DNA of 64,000 nucleotides, taken from positions 321,639 to 385,638 of the forward strand of contig JAAOMT010000289.1 of assembly GCA_016748015.1 (NCBI GenBank), given 5' to 3'. The stretch comes from Geosiphon pyriformis uo1 (lineage: Eukaryota; Fungi; Glomeromycota). Below the pieces are notes generated by a model, which saw only the letters and a program-made list of their open reading frames with translations, made no database searches and was not told the DNA's origin. Shown piece by piece: positions 12,481 to 29,789 of the stretch. Numbering within the stretch: position 1 is the stretch's first letter; each line of letters opens with the position of its first letter. The translations under genes and the position numbers were made by a program.

Positions 12481-15151
12481 TTAAAGACTCCATAGTTTTA
12501 CCAGAGAGTCACGCCCACCTGAAGCTAATATTGAATTATTATATTTTACACATTGAACTGGCTCAGAGTGACCTTTAAAGCCAGAATGTTGTAAGGACGT
12601 TCGATTGTAAACCTGATAATTTTTAATAAATTTAGAAAAATCGTATTGAATTTTTAAACTTCAAGAGAAGAGATACTTACTTTTATTTCTTCTTCACCAG
12701 CCGCACAAATTATTTTGTGAAGATCAAATTGTAAATCACTGATCCCCTGTTCGTAGTGCAAAGTATCAAAAACTGAACCGGTTCTCAGGTCCCAAATCTG
12801 ACGGTAAACAATGGTAAAATTTTGCCACGATAAAGCAAATTTACAACTATAATATATATTAAACGCCTACTCTTATGCTTTTATCCAAACTCCCGCTAAC
12901 GATTTGAAGCTCATCAAATTGTAAACATGTTATCGGACCTAGAGGCAAAAAATTCAGCGCAATTCACGAGAAAGGAGATTGAGATAGAATTGCAATCACT
13001 AACCTGTATGACCGAGTAGGGTTCGATGAGCTTGCCCTGTCCTCACTGATTTATTTCAAAGTGCTTAGGATAAGTATAAAGCACGAGTTTCACAAGCAAA
13101 CTAACATAAATATTAAAAAAAAGATACAATCCCACAAACGAATAGCTCCGTCTCTGGTACCACTGGCTAGGGCATAATTCCAGAATTGTAATGCTGCAAT
13201 AAAGTTGCCTTCATCAAACCAATAACCATCGAAGAGTGCATTGTGGCTCACTCTAGAGCTGGACATAGCCCAGAGAATATCTAAAGTGAGAATGCATTGA
13301 CTAGTTTGTATGTCCCATTGCTTCATGGTTTTATCTGAAGATCCAGATAACTGAGGATAGTGAAATTTGTGTAATTTTCTAAAAAATATTTTATGAATTC
13401 ATCAAAACACTTTATTCCTAGGGCTTACCAAGTATTGGTCATTATAATATAGACAAGTGACTTCCCCACTATGGCCTTCTAACGTCGCTATCCAGGAATT
13501 CTCACCAATTGTCTCCGGTTCGTAATCAGAAATATTAAGCAAATTTTCATTACTTCGATATCCATTAATTCGAGACGACGACGACGAAGAGCTGGATATT
13601 AAATTGGATGTATTCTTTGGCGTGTTTAATGATGGGACCTTAGAGATATCCCATTGACGAATGGACCTATCTTTAGACCCCGTAAAAAGAAGATTTTCAC
13701 TAAATTGCAAACAGTTCACAATGTCTAATTGAAATTAATAACGTGTCAGCAGAAGTTAAATAAAAAATGATTAAGTTCTTGATAATTGATTGTGAATAAT
13801 AACCTTCATGGCCATCTAGTATCCCCAGGCATTGATATGTCGTTAACTCCCATAGTCGCAAAGTGTTATCCAAAGATGCAGTGACCAATCGCTCGTTAGA
13901 TTTATCAATATCTAAACAGGTTATTACATTATTATGTCCTTCTAAAGTCTAAATTAACACAAGGAATTAGCGATTAATGATATTTGAATAATTTTATTAG
14001 AGATAAATCAAATCTACCTTGATGCAGGTTCCTGGATTATACTTTTTTAAGGTAAATTCTGATGAGGTGCCTTAGTTGGGAAAAATCTCTATTAAAAACT
14101 GTTTTAGAAAAATGGGAAAATATTTTTATGCGTCATACCTTTGGCATCACGCATTCGTTTTGGAGAAGTAGGAAAACTTTCTTGACCGTAGTGAGCAATT
14201 CGATTGTTAAGGTCTTCCACTAATAAAATAATCCAAATTAATAAATTATCAATGATAACCAAGATTCTGAATTCCAAATCTTACATATTTGGCCAAGTTC
14301 TCCTTTCCTCTCCTCACATCTTGCTAGAGTTTGACTTAAAGCTTTCCTCTTGTTTTCCAATTCAGCAATTTCCGATTCAATTTTTAGGATTTCTGTTAAT
14401 GTCCGGGACTATGTTCAAAAGAGATGAGCATTTTTGAAAATTCACAAAACATGAAAAAAAGAATGACTCGATACCTTCTGAGTATCTAACTTATCATTTT
14501 CCCTAACAACTCGATCACGATCAGAAATCAATTGATTGAGGGGCTTGTAATCGTTATCGACTGACGCTGGCGAAGTAGCATACCAATGTTAGATTTATCA
14601 TAATGTCTGCCCCGAAGATAGTTGGACAACATAATGGAGATGAGTGTTGGAAGTTGCTTATAGGTGCCCATACCAGTATCTGAGTCGGGTGTAGAAAATC
14701 CGCACGAACCCAAAACCCCTTTATTTTTCTGTTTGTAATGTTTGGATTTCTTTTTGAGCCTTCCATTGGTAGAAGTATACTCTGGATAAGTAGCCTTGAA
14801 TCCTTGAAATAATGAAAGAGGAGCTTTCGATTCTGGTATTTCCAATGTCAATAAGGATTCCTCAATTTTGGGGGTATTTTCTCTGATCACAATCTCTTTT
14901 GACTCTTCTTTTGAGTGTCGTGTTTTTCCATTTACATAAGCTTGAGCTCGACGCTGGTCCAAGATTTGAGGAGCAAGTTCTGAAATTAAACCGACAGTAT
15001 CACCTTTAACGACAGCTCGCGTAGCGAGTGGATTGAAAAGAACCGAAGCAGTGCTCGACATTGTGCTTTTAATGACATTAAGGTGAAAGGCTGGAATGAA
15101 ATCTTTGTAGTTTGTGTTTCTTTTCGTTTCGGAATTTGAAGCTCGACTCAT
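12481..15151 (-). CDS. MDV1: Mitochondrial fission WD40 adaptor Mdv1/Caf4, multi-exon
   Basis: N-terminal extension with LSLFQGF, a coiled-coil region, then WD repeats: TASLDNTLRLW, TGSKDRSIRQWD, CILTLDILWA, AALQFWNYALASGTRDGAIRLWD; ends SGGRDSLVKLWSL*. Confidence 0.85.
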
Positions 15152-16036
15152 TTTGAAGGATTAATTATACTAATGCTAATAATAATATATATTCAAGTAG
15201 ATGTTCAAAATATCAAAAAAGACATTTTCGTTGATATTAAAGCTATTAATTAAAAACGTTAGTGACTAGTTGTAGTACAGAGTCTTCACATGAAAGACAA
15301 TTTCACATCCTTACATGAGTCATTGAAAATAACAGATCGCGCAAATTTATATTTATTTGATTAATAAAACATAATTATTTAAATTATTTTTTTGTAATAA
15401 AATAAAATTGGTTTGAAAGCTTGTTACTTGAAAAATTTGATTTTTTATCTAATTACATTAAAAACAATTGTTTTATGAGAAGTAAAAAACATTGCTGACA
15501 ATGATTCCATTTACAAAATTGAGATATCTTTTATAATTATATATATAAGAAATGCGTGTAAACCGGCAGTATTTACCTAGCAAATTAATTGCATTGATTT
15601 TATTTGTTTGATATTTAACTTACCGTCTAATCGACATTTAAAAATTTCAATATTGATGCAGCCAAAAATGAATCTTGTCTATTGATATGAAGATTGGCAT
15701 GGATGACTCACGTGTGACAGCATATTTTTGGGATCGAAGATACAGCACTGCTTATATGAAGTTTGAGCCCTCGCAATTCAGGGATATCGACCATTATTAT
15801 GAGCCTCTGCCAAATTTAGGCACCGCCTAAATAAGGCGAGCAACCTTTCCAAATCAGATTTCTTTCCTCTGATGTCAATTGAGTATACAATGGTTAAACG
15901 CAACTTGAATTAAGATTTTTCGTAATTGATAAAATTATTACTTTCAACTCTTTAGGCTCAGCCCTCCTGTTTTTGAATATTTGAGGGAGCTGTTCATATT
16001 GCCTGGAAATGTTAAAAATTGCAAAGTGGCACGCCC

Positions 16037-19000
16037 TTATTCAGCAAAATTCTGGTTTTCAAGACGTCTGGAAGAATATTGACGTCGTCGATACACGGCA
16101 ATAAAATCATTTAGTACTCGTCTTTGTTTACTCCAGTCTCCTTCTTGAATTGCTCTTTGAAATGTGTAAACAAAGGTTATAATTTGTTAGAAATTTCTTT
16201 CGTTCAAGCGAATAAAGTTTTTCACATACCGGCTGTAGTCACTGATGAACCCAGTCCTATCGTTTTGGGTCACTCCATTCTCAGGTAAAGTTTGGACAAC
16301 TTCGGCCATCCATTGCTGACTTTCAATGGGCAATATCTTGGCTAAAGATTTGAAAATATTATCAACGTCCACCTGAATATCTCTGGAGAATGTATTAAGA
16401 AGTCCGTCCAGCATTCGATTAACTAACTCAAGCCCCAATTGACGAATTAAGACTTCCAGAGTTATTCTGTTTGCGTTACTGTTTACTGATTGTGATCGCG
16501 CAGAGGAAACAGAGGGCGTACTCGTGGAAGGCTTAACTTCTCCAAGTGAAACACCATAGGTTAGCAGACGACTGAAAAAGATCAATACAGCATACAGGGC
16601 GTCTTGTTGTTGAAGTACTAAGCTTTGCAAGCCTGCCTGAAATATAGGTGTTAAAATGGATGACTGAACAAATGTTGCTGGGGCACATTCCACAAAAGCA
16701 TTGTTAAGACGAAAGTAATCTTCAATCACTGTCATAATATGAAATGTTCAAAATTTCATCAGGTATAAGTGATGCAAAAACATTTGAGGAAAATTATTAA
16801 TACAATAAACATACCATCAGGGATATCCACAAATTTTTTCTTTGCAAGAACTCGAAACATTGTGACGCTTAATCTTTCCACAAATGCTAATAGTGTTAAG
16901 GTGGCTTCACTTCCCTCGCCGTCAATATACTCTCGTACACACTTTGTGGCAACCCAAAGGTAGCAACTTAGACCCGTTTGATCAAAAGCATTAACCAAAC
17001 GATCCATGAGAGCTGGGAGTAATGGGCGAAATTCATCGGAATAAGAAACTACGCAATTTTTGAAACACTTGGAAATGGCCTCTGATAAATGAGGATGACC
17101 ACTAAAGTGTGCGAGCAATTGATCAAACACTGGCCACATTTCCTGTATTACAGAAATGCACGGGTGAACTTGTCCTGTTGAAATGATCTGTTGAGATTTA
17201 TTTTCATTTCGCCGATCAGCTATAACTCTAAATGTGATGGTTAATTGGTCGGTTTTCTCTGAGGGGAGCAAAACGTTAGATGTATATATGGCCCTCTTTG
17301 AGTAACATTTCTTGGTTAAAAACTTACCACATGCTTCCCGAATATTTGTTTCTGTTGCTGCAGTTCCTAGATTCGCAATTTCGGCTAATCGCTGGGCAAT
17401 CGGGAGGCAAAACATTTGTAACGCACTTAATAACTGTGTAGGTGGGACAGCTGCAACAACGTGGGCTACAGCCTCTGTTACTTCGATTAAATCTGTTCCA
17501 TGAAGTGTTGTAGTAACATTAAGATAAAATGGATGAAGTTGTGGTAAAAATTCTACCAGAAGCTGTTTGAGAATTAGGATCAGTTTGGTATTAAAAATAT
17601 TTTAGATATGCAACCTAATGATTAAAATTACCGCGCTACAATCTTTGCAAAGGAATTTCAATGCCAAAGCAGCAGCTGCTGCAACTTCCTCATTGTCAAA
17701 TCCAGATGAGATAAAAGTAAGCTGATATGGGATGAATTCAGGGTGTCTCCTGGTCCAATAAGAATATCTTGAAATCACCAAAGTAGCGGCGTACCGAATT
17801 TTAGGATGATTTGGAAGTTGTGGTATAAGCTGCATTATTTGAGGCAATACAGCATTTTCTTCTTCGTCAACCTCAGAGCCCATCGCTCTGAGCGAAAACA
17901 AAGGCGCCTCAATATCTTGCCAATCCACTTTAATGCCACTTGCAGTATTTGACAATTGTGTGGATAGTGTTATATAAGGTTTTGATAAACATTTTTTGGT
18001 CCCCAAAAGGACGCAGCAGTCTTTAAGTACATCACCCATTATATGACGGAACTCTCGAAACTCGTCACGTCGCTGCGCATTCCAGCTTTCATCATCTTTG
18101 GGATAATGCAAATGTTGAATCACCAAATCTACAAGGTTGGCATAAATGTCGTAAAATTTGTGCTTGATTTCCGCATGTCGAGGTTCAAATAAAGTGTCAG
18201 CCAAACGGTGCCAGAAGCTGAAAGTTATACGAACAATCTCAGTATCATGGTAAGCGGTGCAATCAGATATGGCCTCAACAATACTGCGGAATGCTTCTGC
18301 ATGTAAAAGAACCAAAGGCAAATACGATTCTCCAGCATGGGTAAATATCCGGCAAAATCCACGGACCTGGTCCTCTTCATCCTCAGCTTCCGCTGCTCTT
18401 TTTAAAGCCTCTCTCAAGGGCAATAATCGAGGATATATTTGTTCGATTGCTGGCATTGAATCAGGAATGTCCTGGGATGCTTGAATAATTTGGCACACCA
18501 CGTCAACAGCAACATCGAACAATTCTTCTGATTGTAGTGCGTCAAATGAAAGTGCTAGCAGAGGATTGTTTGCCAATAAATTAATAGGGATATCTCCTGA
18601 ATATAACCAGCTCAAAAGAACTTCAAACACTTTTTTTTGATATTCAGTATTGGATCCTTGTATTTCAAAATTTACCAGAGTTTTAATTAGTTACCAAAAG
18701 AAATGAATGATTCAACAAAAATTTAAGGTTATCCCTCAAAAACCTTTACCTGAGCTCTGTAAACAAATCAAGAGCATTTGTAAGACTTCCTCAGCATTAT
18801 TTGTCAATAGCTGCTTCGATCTCGTTCTATAATCATCTTCCTAATATTAAGAGTTTCAATTAAATTGATTAATATATGGTACTTGTCAAAATTCTAAAGC
18901 CCAGCATAATTTAAATATAAAATGCCCACCGATATTGGAATGCGGTGGTTTTCATTAACTTCTTCGGGTAAAACCTTCAAAAACTCCAGTAGACAACGAA

Positions 19001-19657
19001 TTGTTTCAGAATCTTTACCGAATAACCCTGCAAGTTGCGGTAATACATCTTGCCATTCAAGCATTTGTATTGCTAACGCGGCAATCGAGAGGCATATCTG
19101 AGTAATTATGTACCGAGGGGCGGCACGATATTGGTATAGTAAATCCAGGAGAGAATCTCGTAAGGAAACGCGGGCATTTGCGTCCAATTGATGAAGGTCA
19201 TATGTGATCTGGGACAAACCATATACGCTTCAGTTTATAACATTTTGAGGGAGATTGCGTACAATCATATGATATCTAGGAAATCAGTTTGCCTGATTAA
19301 AACTATTAATGACAATGCTGTCGCCATAAATTTTTTTTGTCGACTCGTTAGATTCTTCTCGAATCTTACCTTTGAACGAAATGTCCGTGCAGCTATGTAG
19401 TGTGCTTCCGCACTCACCTCGGGCATTCTTAGCATTTGGTCAGCTATTGCCCAGGCTTCTGGCTAATAATTATAAAAAAAAAGTGTAAATTTATTCTTCA
19501 TAAATGAACAAGTAAACACATTAATAGAGACAGAACATGCCGTCTTCTGAAAAGATTGCAGCCACGCATTTGCTTGTTCTCGTTCCGCTTTGTCGTTTGA
19601 TTGGTATAAAGCGCTGATCTCAGCCAAAAAGGTTTTTGAAGTTGTTTCATTTGCCAT
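16037..19657 (-). CDS. MTR10: Importin-beta family transportin-SR / Mtr10 (TNPO3), multi-exon
   Basis: EQANAWLQSFQKT, LEFLKVLPEE, RDEFREFRHIMGDVLKDCC, WQDIEAPLFSLRAMG, HPKIRYAATLVISRYSYW, DIPD/VIEDYFRL. Confidence 0.92.
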
Positions 19658-20045
19658 TTCTCGAATCTCAGTTAAGAATCAAAACAATTCGTGGTAAGGG
19701 AAGGAATAAAGATTGGTGTGGTGAATATTAAAATACTAGTGGTATTATTTAAAAACTCGGGATTTGATGTGGCAGAATTCTCAAACTCCTAAATGGGGTT
19801 GATGACAGCTAATTATGATCTGATGACAAAACAATCAATATTCCCTTTTAGACTACAAATGTCTATAGTGTAACCGGCAAATATTGAGGCTTGGTCTCAA
19901 AAGCCTCAGACTGTTTGACATCACATGAACAGCAAAATAATTTAAAGTGGTGGGTCTATTGATATTATGTATTTTCTGGTATATAATTACATGTATCTAT
20001 AATGGAAGGAATGAAAGCCTAATAATCTTTAAATCATGATATTCA

Positions 20046-21813
20046 CTACCCATTAAGTGAAGGAGGAAAAAAAACTTGCTTAAAGTTACCAATAGGTCCA
20101 GCATCATAGATATTACGCACCTCTCGCAAAGTTCGTACTTGAGTTCCTGCAGGTGATTCCTGCTCACTTCGGCCTGCTCCTTTCAATCTCTCTTTACGCT
20201 GTTGTTCTGTCTCGGACCAATAAATGACAATTGTTTTTCGGCCTCTAGGACCTTTTCCCTTTTTTCCCTTGTTTTTGTCGTTGTCGTCTTTATCAATCAA
20301 TTCTTTTTCGTAATAATAGAGTTCACCAGCTAAAATTATCTCTTCTAAATCCTCCCATTTGAATCCTTCGTTCGTTGTCGTCCCGCAATATATTAAATGT
20401 AGTTGATAACATAAAAATACGAATACCACAACACCAACGAGAAAAGCAAAAACTCCCAGTGAACCAAGAAGGCGTTCTTGATGAATTAAATACTGAAACA
20501 TTTGGAAAAAATTAGACACGATTAAAGAAAGATGTTCGAAGAAAAGATTTCACGGAACCTACCAACGCAGATTGATAGACGGTTATTGGTACTCTTTTCC
20601 TCGTATAATGATCAATGATAAAGGCAGAGCTTAAATTTTTTTTCTTTGCAATACCAAAAAATATGCAAACAACTAAATAAGCCCCATAAAAGCAAATTTG
20701 GATTGTTGCATAAAGAAACATCATGAAATATCGGTGATTATTAAACCCAACACAATTGTTAATCCATGCACCTAAAATAAGGTGAGTGAAAATAAGATAT
20801 TACTACGATGAACAACACTTTTAATGTAGTATTTTAATTTTACCTACAATGATGATCCGATTTTGCAACACACATTTTACATAGTGAACAGTGTTTTGAA
20901 CGGGCTGGTCTAAGATTTCAAGCATAAATTTTCTAAAATTAATATCAATGATACAACAAGAAATTTGAAAATCTCAGTAACTTACTTTTGAAGCAAACAT
21001 GTTCGACATGTCTTGGGCTCAAACAAAAGAAAATCATATTCAAAAATTTTGGTTGCATGCAACGCGTTCTCACGTGATATGCGACCAGGATCGCTCCAAC
21101 TTGCGATGATTAGGGAAGAATAAGTAAATAATATAACTAAAGGTACAGTGTACCTGTAAGAGTTTTCCAAAGAATTTAATAATTGTAAAGAAAATAAAGA
21201 TAGTTCAAATCTCGTTAAACATGTGTTTTCATGACACATACTTACAAATGTACTGTGGAAAGATATGGCCCGGGAATATGTTGCCATCCAGTTATATAAA
21301 ATATATAGATGGCACCGGACAGCAGCAGCAAATATGTTAACTAAAATTGATGTTCCGAGAACAAGAATTATTTCCATAAAAATGACTTGATGTCGTGGTG
21401 AAAAAATAATCTAATAAATAATCAAACCTGCAATACGGGATTTTTTCGTTCCATAAAGTATGAATATATGCCCTCACATGGCCTCGCCACTCGATTTCCA
21501 CAGATTCGTTTACTAGCAATCCTAGGTTTTTCCAAGGAATTTAATAAATCTTGTTACCAATAATGAATTGTCCCAAAACAACGTTTTTAGCCCCAATTTA
21601 AGGAGACCTACACAATCCATTCAATTAACCCGGAAGTTAGGAATTGATGTAATCTTCCAATAGGTCCATGCCTAAAGATCAGTCAAATTTATGAGAAGAT
21701 TTCACAAGAGTTAAATTCTGACAAGGAAACCGAAAATATAACCTGAATTTATTAGTGGGTCCCAACAGAAGCACGAATACGAAGAAACTGAAAATGACAA
21801 GATAGATAGCCAT
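20046..21813 (-). CDS. SWF1: DHHC palmitoyltransferase, Swf1/ZDHHC4-like, multi-exon
   Basis: N-terminus FVLLLGPTNKFR; CRTCLLQK/PARSKHCSLCKMCVAKSDHHC/AWINNCVG; TTNEGFKW; NIYDAG. Confidence 0.88.
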
Positions 21814-22104
21814 GGACGCGAAGGGATCCTTTTGGATAGCATTCGTATTTCAATAGAATTCAAAAGTTCAGAGAACGAAATATACATGAAGCCTGAGAAA
21901 TACCATATTGATTTGCTTGAAAGTTCAATACGCGGGGAAACAGAAAGAGTGTAAAGTCAAACTTAAAGTTTGAGCATAAGATAAGTGATATTTAGTAGGT
22001 AGCTCAGGATCATAACTTAAATAATATTATGATCATAGTAATCACATGAAAAGCAAATTGCTGATATCTTCAGTTTTATCATCTCTTTTTACCACAACCA
22101 TAAT

Positions 22105-23577
22105 ATGCCACCTTCCTCAACAAATATCGTCTTTCGGCATCAAATTACCGCCTCTCTCGCCGCTAATTTGACCATTGGACTCATTAAACATTTGCTTTTT
22201 ATGAGAGGACAAATACCTTGGTTTGTCACCTAAATTAACTTTGATCTTAACATCAATTATTTAATTCCCTTCAAATTAATGCTTTCTCCCTTTAACGGTT
22301 TTTCAGTTTGTTCTCACAAATAGAGAAACTTTCCCAGATTTCTTTCATGGTATAAAACTCACACGGCCTATTGCCTTTACCCTTGGTATTCTCTTATCTA
22401 ATACATCCGCAAATTCATTTATGCGCATTCCCATTGAAGAACCATCAACAAAAAAAATTATCCCAGAAAAAGATTACAGAAGTTAGTAACTTCTCTAATA
22501 TTTACCATCAAATTTCTCAAGTGTTAACCGAAAATTTTTTTCTCACTTTAAAATTTTAACATCAAAGTTAATAACAAACTCCAAAGATTTATTCTTTACT
22601 ATCAAAAACACATTTATTCATATACTTGAAGATCAAATATTCCTTTCCAATTTAAGCCTTACAATAATTCTAGGTAACACGGCGACCAATCCAAAAGAAA
22701 TTTATCTCTTGAAATTTAAAAATATCTACGTAGATTGGCTCGTGAAACTGGATGAAGATTTTTATGTGAAGCAGCAGGAGCAATATGAGATTATGAGCGA
22801 AAGAAAACTTATCCGAGAATTGGTTGAAGTGTTAAACGAAAAAGCTTTAGGTATGAACATGGATCGACTCGAGCTCGGTAGAATATAACGGAAACGTGAC
22901 CATTTACTGATTCCCTTACACCTTGACTCGAGCCGTACTTTTGAAAAAATTTAGTTCCAACTCGTCTTCACATTCTTTTTCGTGCCTCACGGGAAAATCC
23001 TCCTCCGAAATTGATTCCTAAACAACTTTTCAAGCTCAATACAAAAACTCCTACGAGAATTATCACCTGCAAAGGATTATACAAGGAGCTGGAGCAATGG
23101 ATAGGAGAATTTACTGATAAAATTCAAGAAAATAATAGTATTACAGTAGAGACTCAATACGATTTCAAAGATTCCCGTCAAAGTGAGCAATCAATTGATC
23201 CGAAACCTGACGACATACAATATCATATTCGAAATGAATTTAATGAGAGTCAGCAAAAGCATCAAAAATTATCCGAGATGATGTTACATGTTAACATTTT
23301 AGCCGAAGCCACTAGTATGACCCGGGCAACAATTGATGCTCCGGCGGAAGGACAACGAAAAAAAATCAGCATTACAAAATCTTACGCTATGAGACAAAAA
23401 AAGCCACAAATTTGCGGAATCGAAGGAGCTATAGGGCCCGAAGAGTTTGACAAAAATGTGCCCAAGACCAATGAGGAAAAAGGAAAGCTCATGGATGAGA
23501 CTGATGCTCAAGACTTTAGTGATGATTTTATCTGGTACTGTTGTAAAAATATTTTAATTGGATTTCCAGCTGCATGA
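22105..23577 (+). CDS. p31comet / MAD2L1-binding protein-like HORMA-fold protein, 5 exons
   Basis: Spliced translation: LIKHLLFMRGQIP ... IILGNTATNPKEIYLL ... RKLIRELV ... PTRLHILF ... LIPKQLFKL ... IWYCCKNILIGF, matching the p31comet block order. Confidence 0.7.
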
Positions 23578-23778
23578 ATCACTGCCAATAGGATACGAAA
23601 TTTTATTTGCTCTTTAATTACTATTAATCCTAAACTTAGCATTTCTCTCATATATCCGTAACTATTAATATTGCAAAGATAAAAAAAAAATAAACGAAAA
23701 TCTCGTCAATTCTGACTCAACGCTCCTTCAATAAATATAACTATGATAATCAGCTGGAACCCATATATACGGTGATTT

Positions 23779-24714
23779 TTATGAGCTTGCATACTTGAAA
23801 TTTAAAAAAAACCATAGGAGTCAATTATGAGCGGTTATTCAGTCTCAATTCAAACTAAATGAGGTATAGCTTTTTACCTTGCGCACATATTCCTTTGCAG
23901 TCTTGACGAATTTAGCTTTGTTTGTGTTGTAGATCTCTGCTATTGAAACCACTAAAGCATCGTCAGGATTAGGATTCTCTAAAAGAGAAGCTATGGCCTC
24001 AAGCACTTTAGAATATAAATTATTAGTATCACAAACTCAAATTTTTTGTGCCGAAACGATGCGCAAATCTTAATAAAGATGAGTAAACCTTGTGCAATTT
24101 TGGTTGCCGGCTTCCAAACATCGGTCTTTAACAGATTAACGCAAATCGAACCATCTTCGTCGATATTCGGATGATATACTCGCGTGATAAATTTAATCTG
24201 TTCAGTTTAATGGAAAATTTAAATTCATCTGACAAATAGGCAGGAAATAAGTTGTAAATGAAGATCTTACAGTTGGAGGTTTGAATGGATAATCTGGCGA
24301 AAATTCGATTTTTAAACGAAAAATGCCTCCTTTATATGGACTATTTTGCTACATGGATATAAGGAAACATTAGAATTCGATGTTTACTTGGAGCAAATTT
24401 TGAGTCGGTGCCTCTGAGTAACTTACTGGTCCTAAAATCGTGCCTAAATAAACAGATAAGACGAGCTTCGTAATTAGTGACGGAGTTGACAAGATTCCTG
24501 ACTATTTGAATTTAAAAAAAAAAAGACTTTTACCTTGCCAAGTAAACAAGTCTTCCTCAACAGGTCCAGCACTGACTCCAACTGGTGGGTTTTTGTTCAG
24601 TTCAAGGAGTTCCTACACGTTAGTTAGAATGAATTCAACCTATAGAATTTCTACCTATTTATTCCATCTCTATAAAGGATTCACTCTGACCTTATTGATA
24701 CGCCTGAGAGCCAT
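23779..24714 (-). CDS. Ubiquitin-conjugating enzyme E2 (Ubc4/Ubc14/UBE2L3-like), 7 exons
   Basis: MALRRINKEL...DYPFKPP...YHPNIDEDGSICVNLLKTDVWKPATK...NPNPDDAL...YASS*. Confidence 0.93.
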
Positions 24715-25233
24715 CTTTTAAAAAAGAGCAGATTTAAAAGTTAAGTGAAAGGTTTTTAAGGGGAATAAGTCTTAACAGGTTGATCAAATGATAGGTAAAT
24801 TGTAAAGTGAAATTCTATGTTTATTTATGTTCACTTCAAATTGTCTATATATAGACGTTATAAGGGTGGAAGCCAGAATTTCATTCAACTCGGAGTTTTA
24901 AACTGCTGCGTATTGACATACTGCTATATTGAGTTAAAGAAATCTTTCGCGACATGCAAACAATGATTGAAGATAACGAATCAAAATCCGACATTCCTTT
25001 TTTAGTAATGGTAGTGATAGCCGCTGAAAAATACTAGAACCATCTACGAATAACTGCGCCGTAGATTTATTATTATTCAGCGGTGTCAAAAGAGCTACTT
25101 TAATCAATTAGTCATATTCCTATTAATAATCGACCAATAATTGTATCACCGTTATTTGATTCTTGGCTATAAATTCAAACATCAACCGAAAGTTTTTTTT
25201 GCTACACCAATTTTTTGTCATAATTTAAGATAG

Positions 25234-26277
<1,044 letters not shown>

Positions 26278-27046
26278 GACATTGGGGCTCCATTATCTAG
26301 CATATATAAATCACAAGCAACGGTCTCATTGTATTGATCCATTAAAAGATCCTTTCTTTTTTTATAAAAAAGGAAATAAATCCATTTTATTTTAATTTGA
26401 ATGATACGGACAAAACGGTTTAAAGCAAATTGGCTGTTTAAAAAAGTTTAAATTGCCAAGTTTATAAAATTTAAATATTAATTTAAATATACGTTTTCAA
26501 AAATGAGAATATAAAAAATTCTTTGAAAATTTATAAAATAATTAATATTAAAGTGAAAAAAAGTATTTATTATAAACTTGACAATCTTAAATCTGTTAAA
26601 AAAAATTTATTAAATGCTAATACATTGAAAAAATGACTTAAAAATTATTTAATCAATAAAACAAAAATTCAGTTTTTAACAAATTATCCTTAATTAAACA
26701 AGATAACCACTTGAAATTTGTAATTACTGTAATAATTGTTAATCGATTATAAATAAATATTTTTTAAAAAAATCGGTTATCAACCATTTACGTGTAATCT
26801 AATGACTTTGGAATGTACCAAATCTTTTGTAAGCAAAATTTAATTTTAAAATTCATATTAATTTATCACTTCCTTTTTGTTAACGTGTAACTGCGTTGGT
26901 CTTTTTGATACAAATCAAACATAAAAATTTACAAGATGACCGGGTGAGATAATGAGATGTGAACAGGCCATAAAACATCCGAAATATTGAATAATAAATG
27001 AGTTTTGCACAGTTCATCCCGAGATTTATTACCGATTTAATAACAC

Positions 27047-29433
<2,387 letters not shown>

Positions 29434-29789
29434 TTAATAGCCAATTGATTAGTAATATGTTTGAAGGTCATACCAGTTTTGGTGAAGTAGCCATCTATCA
29501 GTTAGGATTATATATTTTAAAAGTAAGTGTCGAATCCTGTTTGGAATGGCAAAGTAAAGACTAAAAGATTTCGTGGCTACTAAATTGTTAAAATTGCATA
29601 ACCGATGAGGTCCTCATAAAATTCTAAGCACTGGTTCTGTGAATCAAGATGATCATATTCTTAATTTGCAGGATCTTACTTTTGACGATCTCCGACCATA
29701 AATTTCGGCATCGTGCTTTTAAGTAATCACGTCTTATTATTATTTGAGGAAAGTTGGCAATTAACTTTTTGGAATACGTTTAATCGTAT

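Noticed and set aside
15681-15729. U6 snRNA-like words (gaagattggcatgg, gatgac, catattttt)
   Set aside because: Lacks the ACAGAGA box, the internal stem-loop and the 5' hairpin; chance or at best a decayed fragment.
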